A stretch of DNA of 64,000 bases from Squalus acanthias (Eukaryota). The notes under the pieces are model-generated. The model was not told where the DNA came from. It did no database searches and worked only from the letters and a program-made list of their open reading frames with translations. Numbering within the stretch: the first letter of the stretch is position 1; each line of letters opens with the position of its first letter. A program made the translations under genes and the position numbers. The stretch lies in the NCBI GenBank assembly GCA_030390025.1, contig CM059431.1, positions 117,058,001 through 117,122,000 on the forward strand, read 5' to 3'. Shown here piece by piece: positions 27,331 through 39,180 of this stretch.

Positions 27331-28069
27331 GAGAGACACTAAAGAGAGGCAGGGATTCAGAACAAAGGTAGGGGGAGTTTGGGAAGAGGTTTAATGTGGT
27401 GGACAAAGGGAAGGGGGAAAGCAGAAGGACATCTGATGTAATAAATGTCTATTTGAAAATTGGCAATCTGGCAGCAGTAATTATTTTCAAGGTCATGGGG
27501 AGGTGACAGTAATTTAAATTTTTGTTTTCATTCTCTTTTGTTGTTTTTGGCAATTAGGTCCTCGTGAGCCTTTGTGCCAATTATGGCAGTTATTCAGGGC
27601 CGATATCCAATGTATGTGACGATATGTGCCAGCCAAGAACCTCCGCTGCTGACCCTGTCAGTTTGCGGAGTCAGTGGGAGGTTGCCAATTTAAAATATGG
27701 CCAATGGGTGTTTCTGCTACTACAGATGCATCTCGGGTACCAGCCAGTAGAAAGGAGGCGGGCAACACAGTGTTGGCAAGCTGCTCATATGTCTACCAGC
27801 ACCCATGGCCCAGAAAAGACCAAAAGGAGTCCCATCGGGCTTCCTTATAAGGAAAATCTAGGCTCATATCTCTTCTACCCTCTATTATTATTCATTATTT
27901 TTCTCCATTAATTATTATCATTTTATTTTTTTTAATTACTACCACCGCCCTCTGTCATATACTGGTCCTGACCCTTTCATAGACCCGTTACATTCCCCAC
28001 TCTCTCCATTCTTGTTGATGCCTCTTCTGCCTGTGACTGTCTCATTTGTGCTCAGTTCACCAGGCTGAA

Positions 28070-29944
28070 TATAGAAAGTTCAGAGGAGAATTGAAAAAGG
28101 AAATAAGAGGATCAAAGAGAGAGTATGAGAATAAAATTGGCAGCTAACATAAAAGGGAATCCAAAAGTCTTCTATAGGCATATAAATAGTAAATGGATAG
28201 TAAGAGGAGGGGTGGGGCTGATTAGGGACCAAAATGGAGACCTACTCATGGAGGCAGAAGGCATGGCTGAGGTACTAAATGAGTACTTTGCATCTGTCTT
28301 TACCAAAGAAGAAGATGCTGCTAAAGTCATAGTGAAAGAGGAGGTAGTTGAGATACTGGATGGACTAAAAATTGATAAAGAGGAGGTACTAGAAAGGCTG
28401 GCTGTACTTAAAGTAGATAAGTCACCAGGACCAGCTTGGACGCATCCTAGGATGCTGAGGGAAGTAAAGGTGGAAATTGCGGAGGTACTGCCCATAATCT
28501 TCCAATCCTCCTTAATATGGGGTTGGTGCCAGGGGACTGGAGAACTGCAAATGTTACACCCTTGTGCAAAAAATGGTGTAAGGATAAACCCAGCAACTAC
28601 AGGCCAGTCAGTTTAACCTCGGTGGTGGGAAGCTTTTAGAAACAATAATCCGGGACAAAATTAACAGTCACTTGGACAAGTATGGATTAATTAAGGAAAG
28701 CCAGCATGGATTTGTTAAAGGCAAATCATGTTTAACTAACTTGATTGAGTTTTTTGATGAGGTAACAGAGAGGGTTGATGTGTATATGGACTTCCAAAAG
28801 GCATTTGATAAGATATAATTTAATAGGCTTGCGATCAAGGTTGAAGCCCATGCAAAGAAAAGGGACATGGATACAAAATTGGCTAAGTGACAGGAAACAG
28901 AGTGTAGTGGTGAACAGTTGTTTATCGGACTGGAGGAAGGTATACAGTGGTGTTCCCCAGGGGTCAGTACTAGGACTGCTGCTTTTCTTGATATATATTA
29001 ATGACTTGGACTTGGGTGTACAGACACTATTTAAAAATTTGCAAATGACACAAAACTTGGAAGTATAGTGAACAGTGAGGAGGAGAGTGATAGACTTCAA
29101 GTGGACATAGACAGACTGGTGGAAGTGGCAGATACGTGGCAGATGAAATTTAATGCAGAAAAGTGTGAACTGATACATTTTGGTAGGAAGAACAAGGAGA
29201 GGCAATATAAAGTAAAGGGTACAATTCTAAAGCGGGTGCATGTACAGAGAGATCTGGGGGTATGTGTGCACAAATCGTTGAAGGTGGCAGGGCAGGTTGA
29301 GAAAGCGGTTAAAAGAGCATACGGGATCCTGGGCTTCATAAATAGAGGGATAGGGGACAAAAGCAAAGAAGTTATGATGAACCTTTATAAAACACTGGTT
29401 CAGCCTCAACTGGAGTATTGTGTCCAATTCTGGGTACCGCACTTTAGGAAGGATGTGAAGGCCTTAGAGAGGATGCAGAAAAGATTTACAAGAATGGTTC
29501 CAGTTACGTGAATAGACTGGAGAAGCTGGGGTTGTTCTCCTTAGAGCAGAGAAGGTTGAGAGGAAATTTGATACAGGTGTTCAAAATCATGAGGGGTCTA
29601 GACAGCGTAGATAGAGAGAAACTGTTCCCATTGGCGGAAGGGTCAAGAACCAGAGAACACAGATTTAAGGTGATTCGCAGAAGAACCAAAGGCTACATGA
29701 GGAAAAACATTTTAACGCAGCGAGTGGTTAGGATCTGAAATGCACTCCTGAAAGGGTGATGGAGGCAGATTCAATCATGGCTTTCAAAAGGGAATTGGAT
29801 AAGTACCTGAAGGAAAAAAAATTGCAGGGCTACGTGGAAAGGTCAGGGAAGTGGAACTAGCTGAAGTGCTCTTGCAGAGAGCCGGCATGGGCTTGACAGG
29901 CTGAATGGCCTCCTTCTGTGCTGAAACCATTCTATGATTCTATG
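28070..29944 (+). mobile_element. CR1 LINE, 5'-truncated and frameshifted
   Basis: AEVLNEYFASVFTKE, SGVPQGSVLG, LVQPQLEYCVQFW; tail attctatgattctatga. Confidence 0.92.
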
Positions 29945-30931
29945 AGTTCCTCTTTTCCCCCTCCCTCAGTGCCTCACCAGTTCCTACTCCCAGCTCTAAT
30001 CTTCCTAGCTTGTACTCATGATTTCACTCTTGACCCCAACCCATCCTGCTCGCACCTGGACACGCTCCACTACACACATCCTCTCCCACTGCACTGTGGC
30101 TTTAGGAGAGAATAAATCAATTCAAATGTATTTAGCAGACATAGTGAAGGTAGTGCCCAGTAGAAGTATTTTCTGGGAGTGCTTTTTTCATATAACGAAT
30201 GGGCTGCAGGACATAAGTCTTGAAGAAACAGATGCAGATGTCAGAGTGAACTTGCACAATTCAGTGGCCAAATACTATTCATTTTAACTATGTTGAAATT
30301 GTACAACGGTTTATTAAACTTTGAAGTTTAAATAAAGAATCCATTTAGCAAAGCAAGTTAAAGTATCCAAGTGATTTACTACAGTGCTTTGCTTCCAGCA
30401 ACTTTTCTGGCTTCAAATAATTGCCTTCGTTATTACTTTTGAGTCCTCTCTTCAGTGAAGCGATTCCTCATCTTGTTCCTAACTGGTTCTTATTATTTCT
30501 TGACAAAGCATTCATTCATTGGCTTGACATCCACCTTTTTGTTTGTTTATCTTAAAATCGCAATAGATGTTGCCCTTAACTATATTTGTCTCTTTTCATT
30601 TTAGGGTGTTTTTCTGATTTTTCCTCGCAACCTATTTGTATTTGTTTCTTCGAATGTTCTAATCTTGCTTGCCTGGCTTTCCTTTAGCAATAGAGGAAGC
30701 AACCTTTGTTCCTTGTGTCATTGTTCTTAACATTTCCTGTTCGGTCTTTCTTTTTTACAGCATTACATTACCTTTTCTTGGTAGCCCAAGAAATGGTGCA
30801 TCTCAGCAGCCATCAAAGGGCTGCAGCTAAAATTTAAAGGGATGCAGCTACTTAAAGGTAATCGGTCATAGTGGAAAAACGTGTTGCAATCTTTACAAAG
30901 GCTACGATTATTTTAAAATATTTCGGCACTG

Positions 30932-32190
30932 TCAGATGACAGATTTGCAGTGATAACAAAGTGGCTGGCCTAAAACGGGCAGCAGAACAGCTGCACTGCT
31001 GACCCAAAGCTGGCATCGAGAGGCCCGAACCAATTTTGGGTTTGGCCCACATTTGAACAATGCTCGGAAGCGGCAGACACTAAGTAAGTGCCCTGTTGCA
31101 GCTTGCCGGTTGTGGAAGGGCAGGAAATCAACTGATTCTGATGTTGAACCAGCCGATCGGGCCTGAGAGGGGGGGAGCCGATGCTGGAGGGAGTTGAGCA
31201 CAGACTGGCAGCGACCGCACAGTATTTTTGTGGAGCCAGGAGGAGCACCCTCGCTCCCCTTAATCCCACAAAAATGATCCCAAAGAAGTTTTTGAGCCTT
31301 TTCTTCATCAGCCACCAGCTGTACCTTTAAGGAACTCTGATGAGGCCTGGTACAAATGGCCAGAACACGCGCGGTGCCCACTCCGCCCATTTGTACCTGA
31401 AATTTCTAAACCAAAATGAAGATGTCGTTGCATGAGGCAGGAATAAGGAGAGTTACCTTGTTTGGCACTCTAGGCACCCTCTCCAGAGCACAGCAGTAGA
31501 GCATGCCAACAGGAGATGGTATCCAGCATCAATGCTGTGTGCATTACCTGTACAACTTGAGAGTGGATGCACAATACAAGTTTGGATGGCTCAGGTGTGT
31601 GTGCCACAATGTGATGTCTGTCAACCTGGCAATTCAACACTGAGCAGCAACGTGTTCCATTCTTGTACCATTGGTTTATATACTCCAGTATTTCTTAGGG
31701 TAAATTTTGAAAACTTCGCTCCTAGCATGAAGTCTGTCTTGACAAATTAATAACTGGAAAAGTGTTAGCACTTGGGGATGATTTTAACCCTACTTGCTCA
31801 GAAGAAACCTGGTGGACGGGCAGTTAAAATCTCCCTGGCTCTTACAGATGACAGATTTGCAGTGATGATAAAGTGGCTGGCCTAAAACGGGCAGCAGAAC
31901 AGCTGCACTGCCGACCCAAAGCTGGCATCGAGAGGCCTGAACCAATTTTGGGTTTGGCACCACATTTGAACAATACTCGCAAGTGGCAGACACTAAGTAG
32001 GTGCCGCCATGATTGCAGCATCGGCAATTTTAACCTGCTCTCCTGAGCAGGCAGCAAGGACACGCTCTCGGAGCCAACCTGTGTCCTTCTTTACATATGC
32101 ATGTTGCGGCCTGATGACATAATTGAGACCCGACTGTAATTTTAACTCAGGCCTGAGCGGGAATCCACCTGGAGTTAAAATCGGGGCCAC
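30932..32190. repeat. Two copies of a related non-autonomous element (about 30932-31090 and 31844-32003)
   Basis: Shared block of about 160 bp cagatgacagatttgcagtgat...gcagacactaagta; Harbinger-like ends (ggggatgattttaac / gttaaaatcggggcc). Confidence 0.6.
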
Positions 32191-33169
32191 CTGATTGTTC
32201 AATCCACATTCCCATGGAGTGAGAGTTTCTCAAAAAGTAGCCCTCAATATTTTCTTATTTTTGAATTTTCTTTCTCGGGAGTACCAACTCAGCTTCAGTT
32301 TCGTTTCCCTTCCACACTTTCCCCTCTTTTTCCTCCGATCCTGAAACACTGTTGCTTGGTAAATATATTTCCATTGGTGCCCGTGACACAAAATGAATTC
32401 CCTTCGAGATTTTGGCTTATTTTTCCCCTATCTAGCTAGTGGTGCTGAGGCCTATTCTGCTGCACTAGCTGCCTACCCTGGCTACATTTAGCTAACTCAA
32501 CATTTCGCTTGGGACTTGGGACCACATGGGCTGTGTGGTTAAGTGTTAAAATGACTTCAAGTAGAAGAAAAATTGGAGAGTTGTAAAATAGGTTCGCTAT
32601 CGTTCGTTTTACACTATCGCACAACATCAAGATCTACGCAGAGATCCTACACTAACCTTGACCAATGCCACAGGACATCTACGAGGATATCAATATAGTT
32701 GGTCAGGCCTGGTCCTGAATTTAAGTGGACAGGTCAATTTGAATCAGGCAAAGCCAAGGGTAGCCCTTTTATCTCTTGTTAAAGTGACTGAGACTTAAAA
32801 CACTGAATTTAGTTTTGCTCCTCTTGAACGCAGCAGTTATAGAAGAGCAGTGGATTTCAATTCAAATGCACGAAAGAGGTTTGTTTCTGGAATAATAATT
32901 TACATGTAAAATACAGACTGTCAAGGCACTTGATCGGATTACAGCACTTGAAAATCTATTCTAATTGATGTTCTGAAATGTCAGTCTGAAGCGGTTGAAC
33001 TACAGAAAGCGGGAGAAACATATCTTTGTAAAATTTATCAGGGCTTAATTGTATGCAGCAAGGAAAAAAAAAGACACTGAAAATAAATGCATGCAGTGTC
33101 CAGCACTTTGTATCATCACACATTATTATTTAAGATCAAGGGGCAGGTGGTTAACAGTACAGAAATTAA

Positions 33170-34096
33170 GGGGGGAATTTTAACCTAAAAATACATCTGG
33201 GTTTGGAGTGTGGGGGTAGTTAAATTGTTAGAAATCGGAATCCCGACCTCAACCTGCCTACTTCCGGTTTTAACAGAGGCGGGACAGGGGTAGGCAACTA
33301 ACCTGCTGCCAGGAGGCCGAATGTCAATTTAAATATTTTAATAAGGCTGGAAGCCTCTTCTTTAATCTCCATTTTGCTTTTAACTGCAGCTGTATGGGTT
33401 TTACACACATCGTAAAGCCCGGCAGTTACAGCAAGGCGGGGACTGTTGCATCCAGGAGGTGTCATTGCAACTTCATCCTGGATCCAGGGTCCCTGCCTAA
33501 CACACCCCTGCAATCGGAGTTCCCCTCACGAGGCCTCCGATCGCCTTCTCGGAACTCCCTCCACCCCCACCCACCGATGATCCTGAGGCCGGCCGCAATC
33601 CTCTGGTGGCTGGCCATGATCTTCTCTTCCCTCCCCCCCACAATCATCTTGAGGCTGGCCACGATCCCCTGGTGGCTGGCTATGATCTTCGCTTCCCTCC
33701 CCCCCACAATCATCTTGAGGCCGGCCACAATCCTCCTGTGGCCAGTCTCGATCTTCTCTTCCCTCCCCCCCGCCTGGTCCCTCGATAGCCCCGATCTTTC
33801 TTCTCCCCCTCCACCGGTCCCTCGACCGCCCCGATCTTCTTTATCACACCCCCCTCACCCGCCCAATCCTCCGGAGGCCGGCACGGCCCCCACCCGATCC
33901 CTCCCTCCCTCCTCTGTGTGGCCTAGTGCCACAGGCCTACCCACCTGCAGCCAGCCAGCCTTTCCATCTGGCTGGCTGCTGGTAGGAAACAAAGGCTTAA
34001 GATGCAAATCAGGCCCTGCCATTAAAGTCATCGGGAAACCCGTCCCTGCAACAGAGCCCCCCGCCCGCAACCGTCTTCCCCATGAAAATCCAGCCC
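33170..34096. mobile_element. Harbinger-type MITE with internal tandem repeats of about 63 bp (about 33575-33790)
   Basis: Ends ggggggaatttt / aaaatccagccc in TTAA/TAA context; repeated catcttgaggc(c/t)ggccac...ccctcccccc. Confidence 0.6.
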
Positions 34097-34544
34097 TTAA
34101 GAGTTCAGAGTTGAAGTGGATCTGAAGCCTGTGATTATTGCAACTGGACAGCCGAAGCTAAATTTGTCTGAGACCGTAAAAAATGTTGTTGCAAGTTAAT
34201 GTAGGTCTCGATATTTTCATGGCAAAAATATTTTGATTTCTTTTACAGAGATAGTTGTAAAGACAAGGTAAAAGAGCCAATGCTGTGAAGAGTTCCAGAA
34301 AGTGGAGGTTGATCCATGATTTTAAATTCAGCACACAAAAAGCACAACCCCTGCACCGGCACAATGTTTCGTGTGCACAATTAAAGAGCTCTACTCTACA
34401 TTTACACTCGACCCTGAAAGGTAACAGGGTAGATTTTCTGCAGTGGCGGTGGTGCTCGGGGATTGTTGCAGAGCAGGCTTTGTGCATGATTGAGTGATGT
34501 ATGTCTGACTCCGATGAATTGTCTGATTTTGGATTTAATTACAC

Positions 34545-34778
34545 AGAATCAAAAAAATTTACAGCACAGAAGGAGCCCATTCGGCCCATTCCACCTGTGC
34601 CAGCTTTCTGAAGGAGCCATCCATTTAGTCCCATTACATTCCCCATACCCTCTCAAATGTTTCGTTCCCAAATATTTATCCACTTCTATTTTAAAAGCTC
34701 TTGTAGATTCTGCTTCCATCATTGTTTTTGGTAGGACATTCAATTTCTTAACAATGCTTTATGTAAAAAAAATCCCCT
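34545..34778 (-). mobile_element. CR1 3' UTR fragment
   Basis: EAESTRAFKIEVDKYL; gcccattcggccc motif. Confidence 0.7.
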
Positions 34779-35841
34779 AATGCCTGTCTTAAGTGCTCGC
34801 TTACCAACTTCAGTGCACCTACAAAGTGCTCTCCTAGTGGCTACAGCTTGGCAGGTAGAAGTCTGCTGTGCCTCTGATGGAGACAGTTGAGATGGCTGTG
34901 GTCAGTGACCTCGAGCAGCTCAGGCCTGAGAAAACCTGGCTGTAGACTGTCACACCTCAGCTGCTGCCAGGTCAGTCTGTGCCATCTGGCTTTGCAGTAC
35001 CAGGACTGGCACTGGATGAAGTGTTGTTGGGGCAGCAGGCATGCCATCATCTCGAGAAAGGACAGCATGCACCTCTCCCATGGTGCCACTCTAACTCGCA
35101 TTTCAGCATTTCTATTGATCTGTGTGAGAGCAGGCTATAGGAGTGCTATGACATCTTGGAAGCCCCTATCCTTGCTTTCTATCAAGCTTAGTAAGCTGGT
35201 GGATCGCAGAGCCTGCATGGTGTCAGTATGTGCATCATTGAGAAATCCAACACTGGTTCCAGAGATTCCTGAACTGTGAGCCCAACTGTCTTCTGCATAG
35301 AGGTGACCACACACTCCATGTTAGACTGTAGTGAATTGATGGCAAGTGTGAATGCTACACACAAGTTGGAAGTAGACTCCTCCACACTTTCCAACATGGT
35401 GCGTAGTCACTTGACAAGCAGTTCCTGTGCACAGTTACAGTACATATTTTGTAATCTGGGCCCTGGAAGTCATCACCTGTGCCCTCTACAGCAGGGCGAG
35501 GCTGAGCATGCCCTCCAGTGACCTGTGTGCTGAGCTGTCCTCTCCCCCTGGCCTTGCTCCTGCATGGTGTAACAGCCAGTGCAGACGCCTTTCAGTCACT
35601 ATCTACAGATCGTAGGCTACCAATTTCTGAGTTGGTGCTTGCAAGGGTGATGATGCAACGCTATTTGGAATGTCCTTCTCCTCCACTATCACAGGACCCT
35701 GGACTTGCATAGGACCTGGAAAGAGGAGAGAAAGTAAATGGTTAGTAGCTAGAGGAAATGATAAGTCATTGCAAATGAATGGCCGCACAATACAGCACCA
35801 GGCTGTGATGCATTTTGTGCAAGGTGGATAGTTCAATGATT

Positions 35842-36170
35842 TGAGAAACTGTTTCCAACAGCTGAAGGGTCGATAACGAGAGGGCACAGATTCAAAGTGA
35901 TTGGCAAAAGAACTGGAAGCGACATGAGGAAAAACTTTTTTATGCAACAAGTGGTTAGGATTTGGAATGCACTGCCTGCTAGCGTGGTGGATACAGATTC
36001 AACAGTAGCCTTCAAAAGGGAATTGGATAAATACTTGAAGGAGAAAAAATGGCAGGGATATGGGGAAAGAGCGGGGGAGCGGGACTAACTGGATTGCTCG
36101 TCGAAAGAGACGGCGCAGACACGATGGGCCAAATGGCCTCCTTCTGTGCTGTCCTATTCTATGATTCTAT
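35842..36170 (+). mobile_element. CR1 3' fragment inserted in a Harbinger intron
   Basis: MRKNFFMQQVVRIWNALP...FKRELDKYL; tail attctatgattctat. Confidence 0.85.
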
Positions 36171-36699
36171 AAGAGCACAGAATAGTTAGACAGCCAAGCA
36201 TCCTGTGGCATGTTGTTTCTTGCCTCGCTCTGTGAATCCTCTGGCTTGCCCTCTGCCCAGAATTTCCATGACTGCCTCTTCTGCTGATGTGAGGACCTGA
36301 GAGGATGGTCTTCCTCCTCTGGGGTGAGTCCTCTCCCTTGCATTGTATGTTAGTTTGTCCAGCAAGAGGAAAGGGAGTGGTGTTGGTGAGTAGTGAGAGG
36401 GAAGAATAGCTTGGATGGTGCTACAAAGAAGCATCATGTGTGTGCAAGAGAAGACCTTGATTGTGAGTGCAGTGCAGAGTGTGGAAAGGGCAGCAGGAGC
36501 AGGGCCACTCAAGTGGTTGCTGTGATTGGATGAGAGGAATGTGAAGCAGGGGAGGTCGAACTTTGCTTTGCTGCTGTTACAGTAAAGTGATACAGGGCTG
36601 TGCTGACAATGACAGAACAATGCAAATGGGGAGTCTTACCTTAGCAGCCTGGTTCAGGTTATTAAACTTTTTTCAGCACTGCTGGGCTAAGCTTCGGAC

Positions 36700-37460
36700 T
36701 GTAAGATTAGGATCACAGGTCACACACAGATTACCCAAAGGGTCTTAGGAGTTGCAAGGCTTTTTATTAAAGTGCTACAGTTTTAAAGCATAATCAGATA
36801 TTACATATGGTATAAGCTGAGTATAATAGACATACAACCCGTGACAGTAGAGAGCGATCTACGACTCCCGAATCGGAATGCCACGACTGGACAGACGGTT
36901 GGTTAGATGCCCGATGAGACAGCATGGCAGTCTCGGGTCAGCGGGTCTCTGCAGCCAGTAACAGCAGTCACTTCTGTTGATTCGTCCCCCGAGCTGTTGG
37001 AGGTGTTAGGCATAAGCCAGCATTGATCCACCTCAGAGGCTAAACTTAGTCAAGGTGTTAGGCCTGAGCCAGCATTGATTTCCACCTCGAAGAAGCCTTC
37101 GCCCCTTGCTGTCTGATCCCCCCTCTCAGTCCTCTATATTTATAGTTATTTCGGTGGGCTGTGATCTATCTAGTGTCAATCATCTATAACCCAAGTGTGG
37201 TGCGGGAAGACATTTCTCACTGCCCCTTTCTGCATGGCTGACGAGGCCTTTCTCCTATCTTTCTGAGGAATGTTTTGTTATGTTTCTTTAAGGACATTTT
37301 ATGACTTTTCAGCTCCATTTTGTCTAGCTATGGTACCACCACCCTGTGTTGTCTTGCATTTTACGATCCTGTTATCACTTTCAGGCCTTTCGGTGTTTGT
37401 TATTCGACCTTGCTGTCAGTCTCTGTTCTAAGAATTAAAACCTCATCTATAAATCTAACA
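36700..37460 (-). mobile_element. Putative solo LTR of an unrelated family (about 760 bp)
   Basis: TGTAAGA...TCTAACA termini; minus-strand AATAAA (about 36763) and TATA (about 37135); abrupt break of the Harbinger exon; flanks differ (GGAC vs GCTA). Confidence 0.5.
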
Positions 37461-37660
37461 GCTATTTGAATATAGTTTTGTACCTCCTGCTGATGTCATC
37501 AGGTAACTGGCTTGTAAGGTTTCCAAAATTTACAGATCCCCAAAATCTCAGGAAAAGGACTTTGGAACTACCTCAGAGTGATAAAAATGCATTTTGGGCC
37601 TAACATAACGAATTTAAGACCAAAAACCAAGTTTTAGCATTTTAAAAACATGTCTGGGCC

Positions 37661-39180
37661 TGTAAAGGGAGAAAAGGCTGTGAAGGAAGTTGGGTTCGAC
37701 CTCTGTAAAAGCAGTTTGGGTATTGCAGTTAATTGCAATGTCTGGGGAACCGGGATGATCTCACTCAAAGCCCCAGCACGCATTAACATTTCGACAATAG
37801 ACCCTAGGAGAAGACAGTCCCACCCAAAACAATAGGTCCCATCAAACCGATTACAAGGCCCATCAAGAAATATGCATAATACAGAGCACCCAGGACTAGG
37901 CTATAGATCAGCCTAGGAACCCAAAACACAAAACCAATCACCAGCAATCAGCCAACAGATCGACAGGATGCAAACCATCCCAAAAACCCATTTGACACTT
38001 ACAGAGCAGTTACTGGTAGCAGGCCCGCCAAATTCAGACAATGAACTGAACAGATTTGGCGGGTAGATAAGGCCATATTCAATGGGTCAGATTGAAGGCC
38101 TGTTAAATCCCAGTTAACGTGCTAGTAAATCGTTACCGATTTACGAGCCCGCCAAAACTAGACAATGAACTGAACAGATTTGGCGGGTAGATAACGCCAC
38201 TTCAATTCAGTATAATTGAAGGCCCACCAAGCACACACCAGATGAAGAGAGATGACGAAGAAGAAGCAGGAGAGAAGAAGGAAGGAGAGACCAAGAAGAA
38301 GAAGGCCCGAGCTGGAAGCGAGTCGGCATCACTCACCACTCAGACACACCTGAGTCCAGCTCGCGAAGACACCACCTCGATGGACCTCCAACAACGGCCC
38401 CAACACAGTCACCCTGTGCAACAAGCAGCAACAAATCACCGACGGCTCCACGAGGTCGACCAACACACCAACCAAGGCCTAAAGTCATCGCGGACACCAA
38501 AGGCCTCACGAAACCAACAACCGCGCATTACCCCCAACTGACCGGGTAATCGCAGGCCACCGCGACCAACAAAGACTAACTCCAAGGAAGAAAACCAGAA
38601 AACTCGCAAAGTTTCCACACTACAAACTACTCCTGACTTACCCCTGGGTAAGATTTTCCATAAAAACTCTAAGCCCTACTGCTGAACTAAAGAAATTGGG
38701 TACTCACCAGATAAATCCACAACGACATCCTACTGCATCAGCGGACTCGCGAAGACTGACCAGAGACCCAGGTGAAGTCCTCTACCACGTACGGGGCACG
38801 GCAGACACTAACCGCCATAAACAGCGAACCCCAAAACCGCGATTTGGCCCAACTGTCAAAGGATTGGTGAGCATTATCCCTGGTCCTTCAAAACCTAACT
38901 TAGCTAGTAAAGTGGGGTTCGGAGGGGTGAAGTATTGTTCTACTGTCATTTCCCTCGCTTGTACCGACGTGTTCCCCACCTTTAAAGTGATAAGAGTGTT
39001 ATTATTTGTGTCTTACCTTTTAATAAAGATTGAAGTTCTTTCATCAAACTCAGTTGTCTGCTGCACCTTTTGTATCACAACCCCCAAATAAGTCCAAGGT
39101 CTAGAACCAAGGGAGTGGGAGCGATTCGAACCACTCAGAAGTCAGAGGTAAAGCTGACACAAAAACACCACCCCCTAGAG
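37661..39180 (+). mobile_element. Diverged LTR related to the provirus family (boundaries uncertain)
   Basis: AATAAAGATT at 39022; U5 block taagtcca.gtctagaacc..agggag..gattcgaaccactca (39089-39137) shared with the provirus LTR; GA-rich tract and gaaggcccg motif. Confidence 0.55.

Noticed and set aside
33394..34125. 243-aa Pro-rich ORF with hydrophobic repeats
   Set aside because: By-product of the C-rich tandem repeat in a MITE; no recognisable domain
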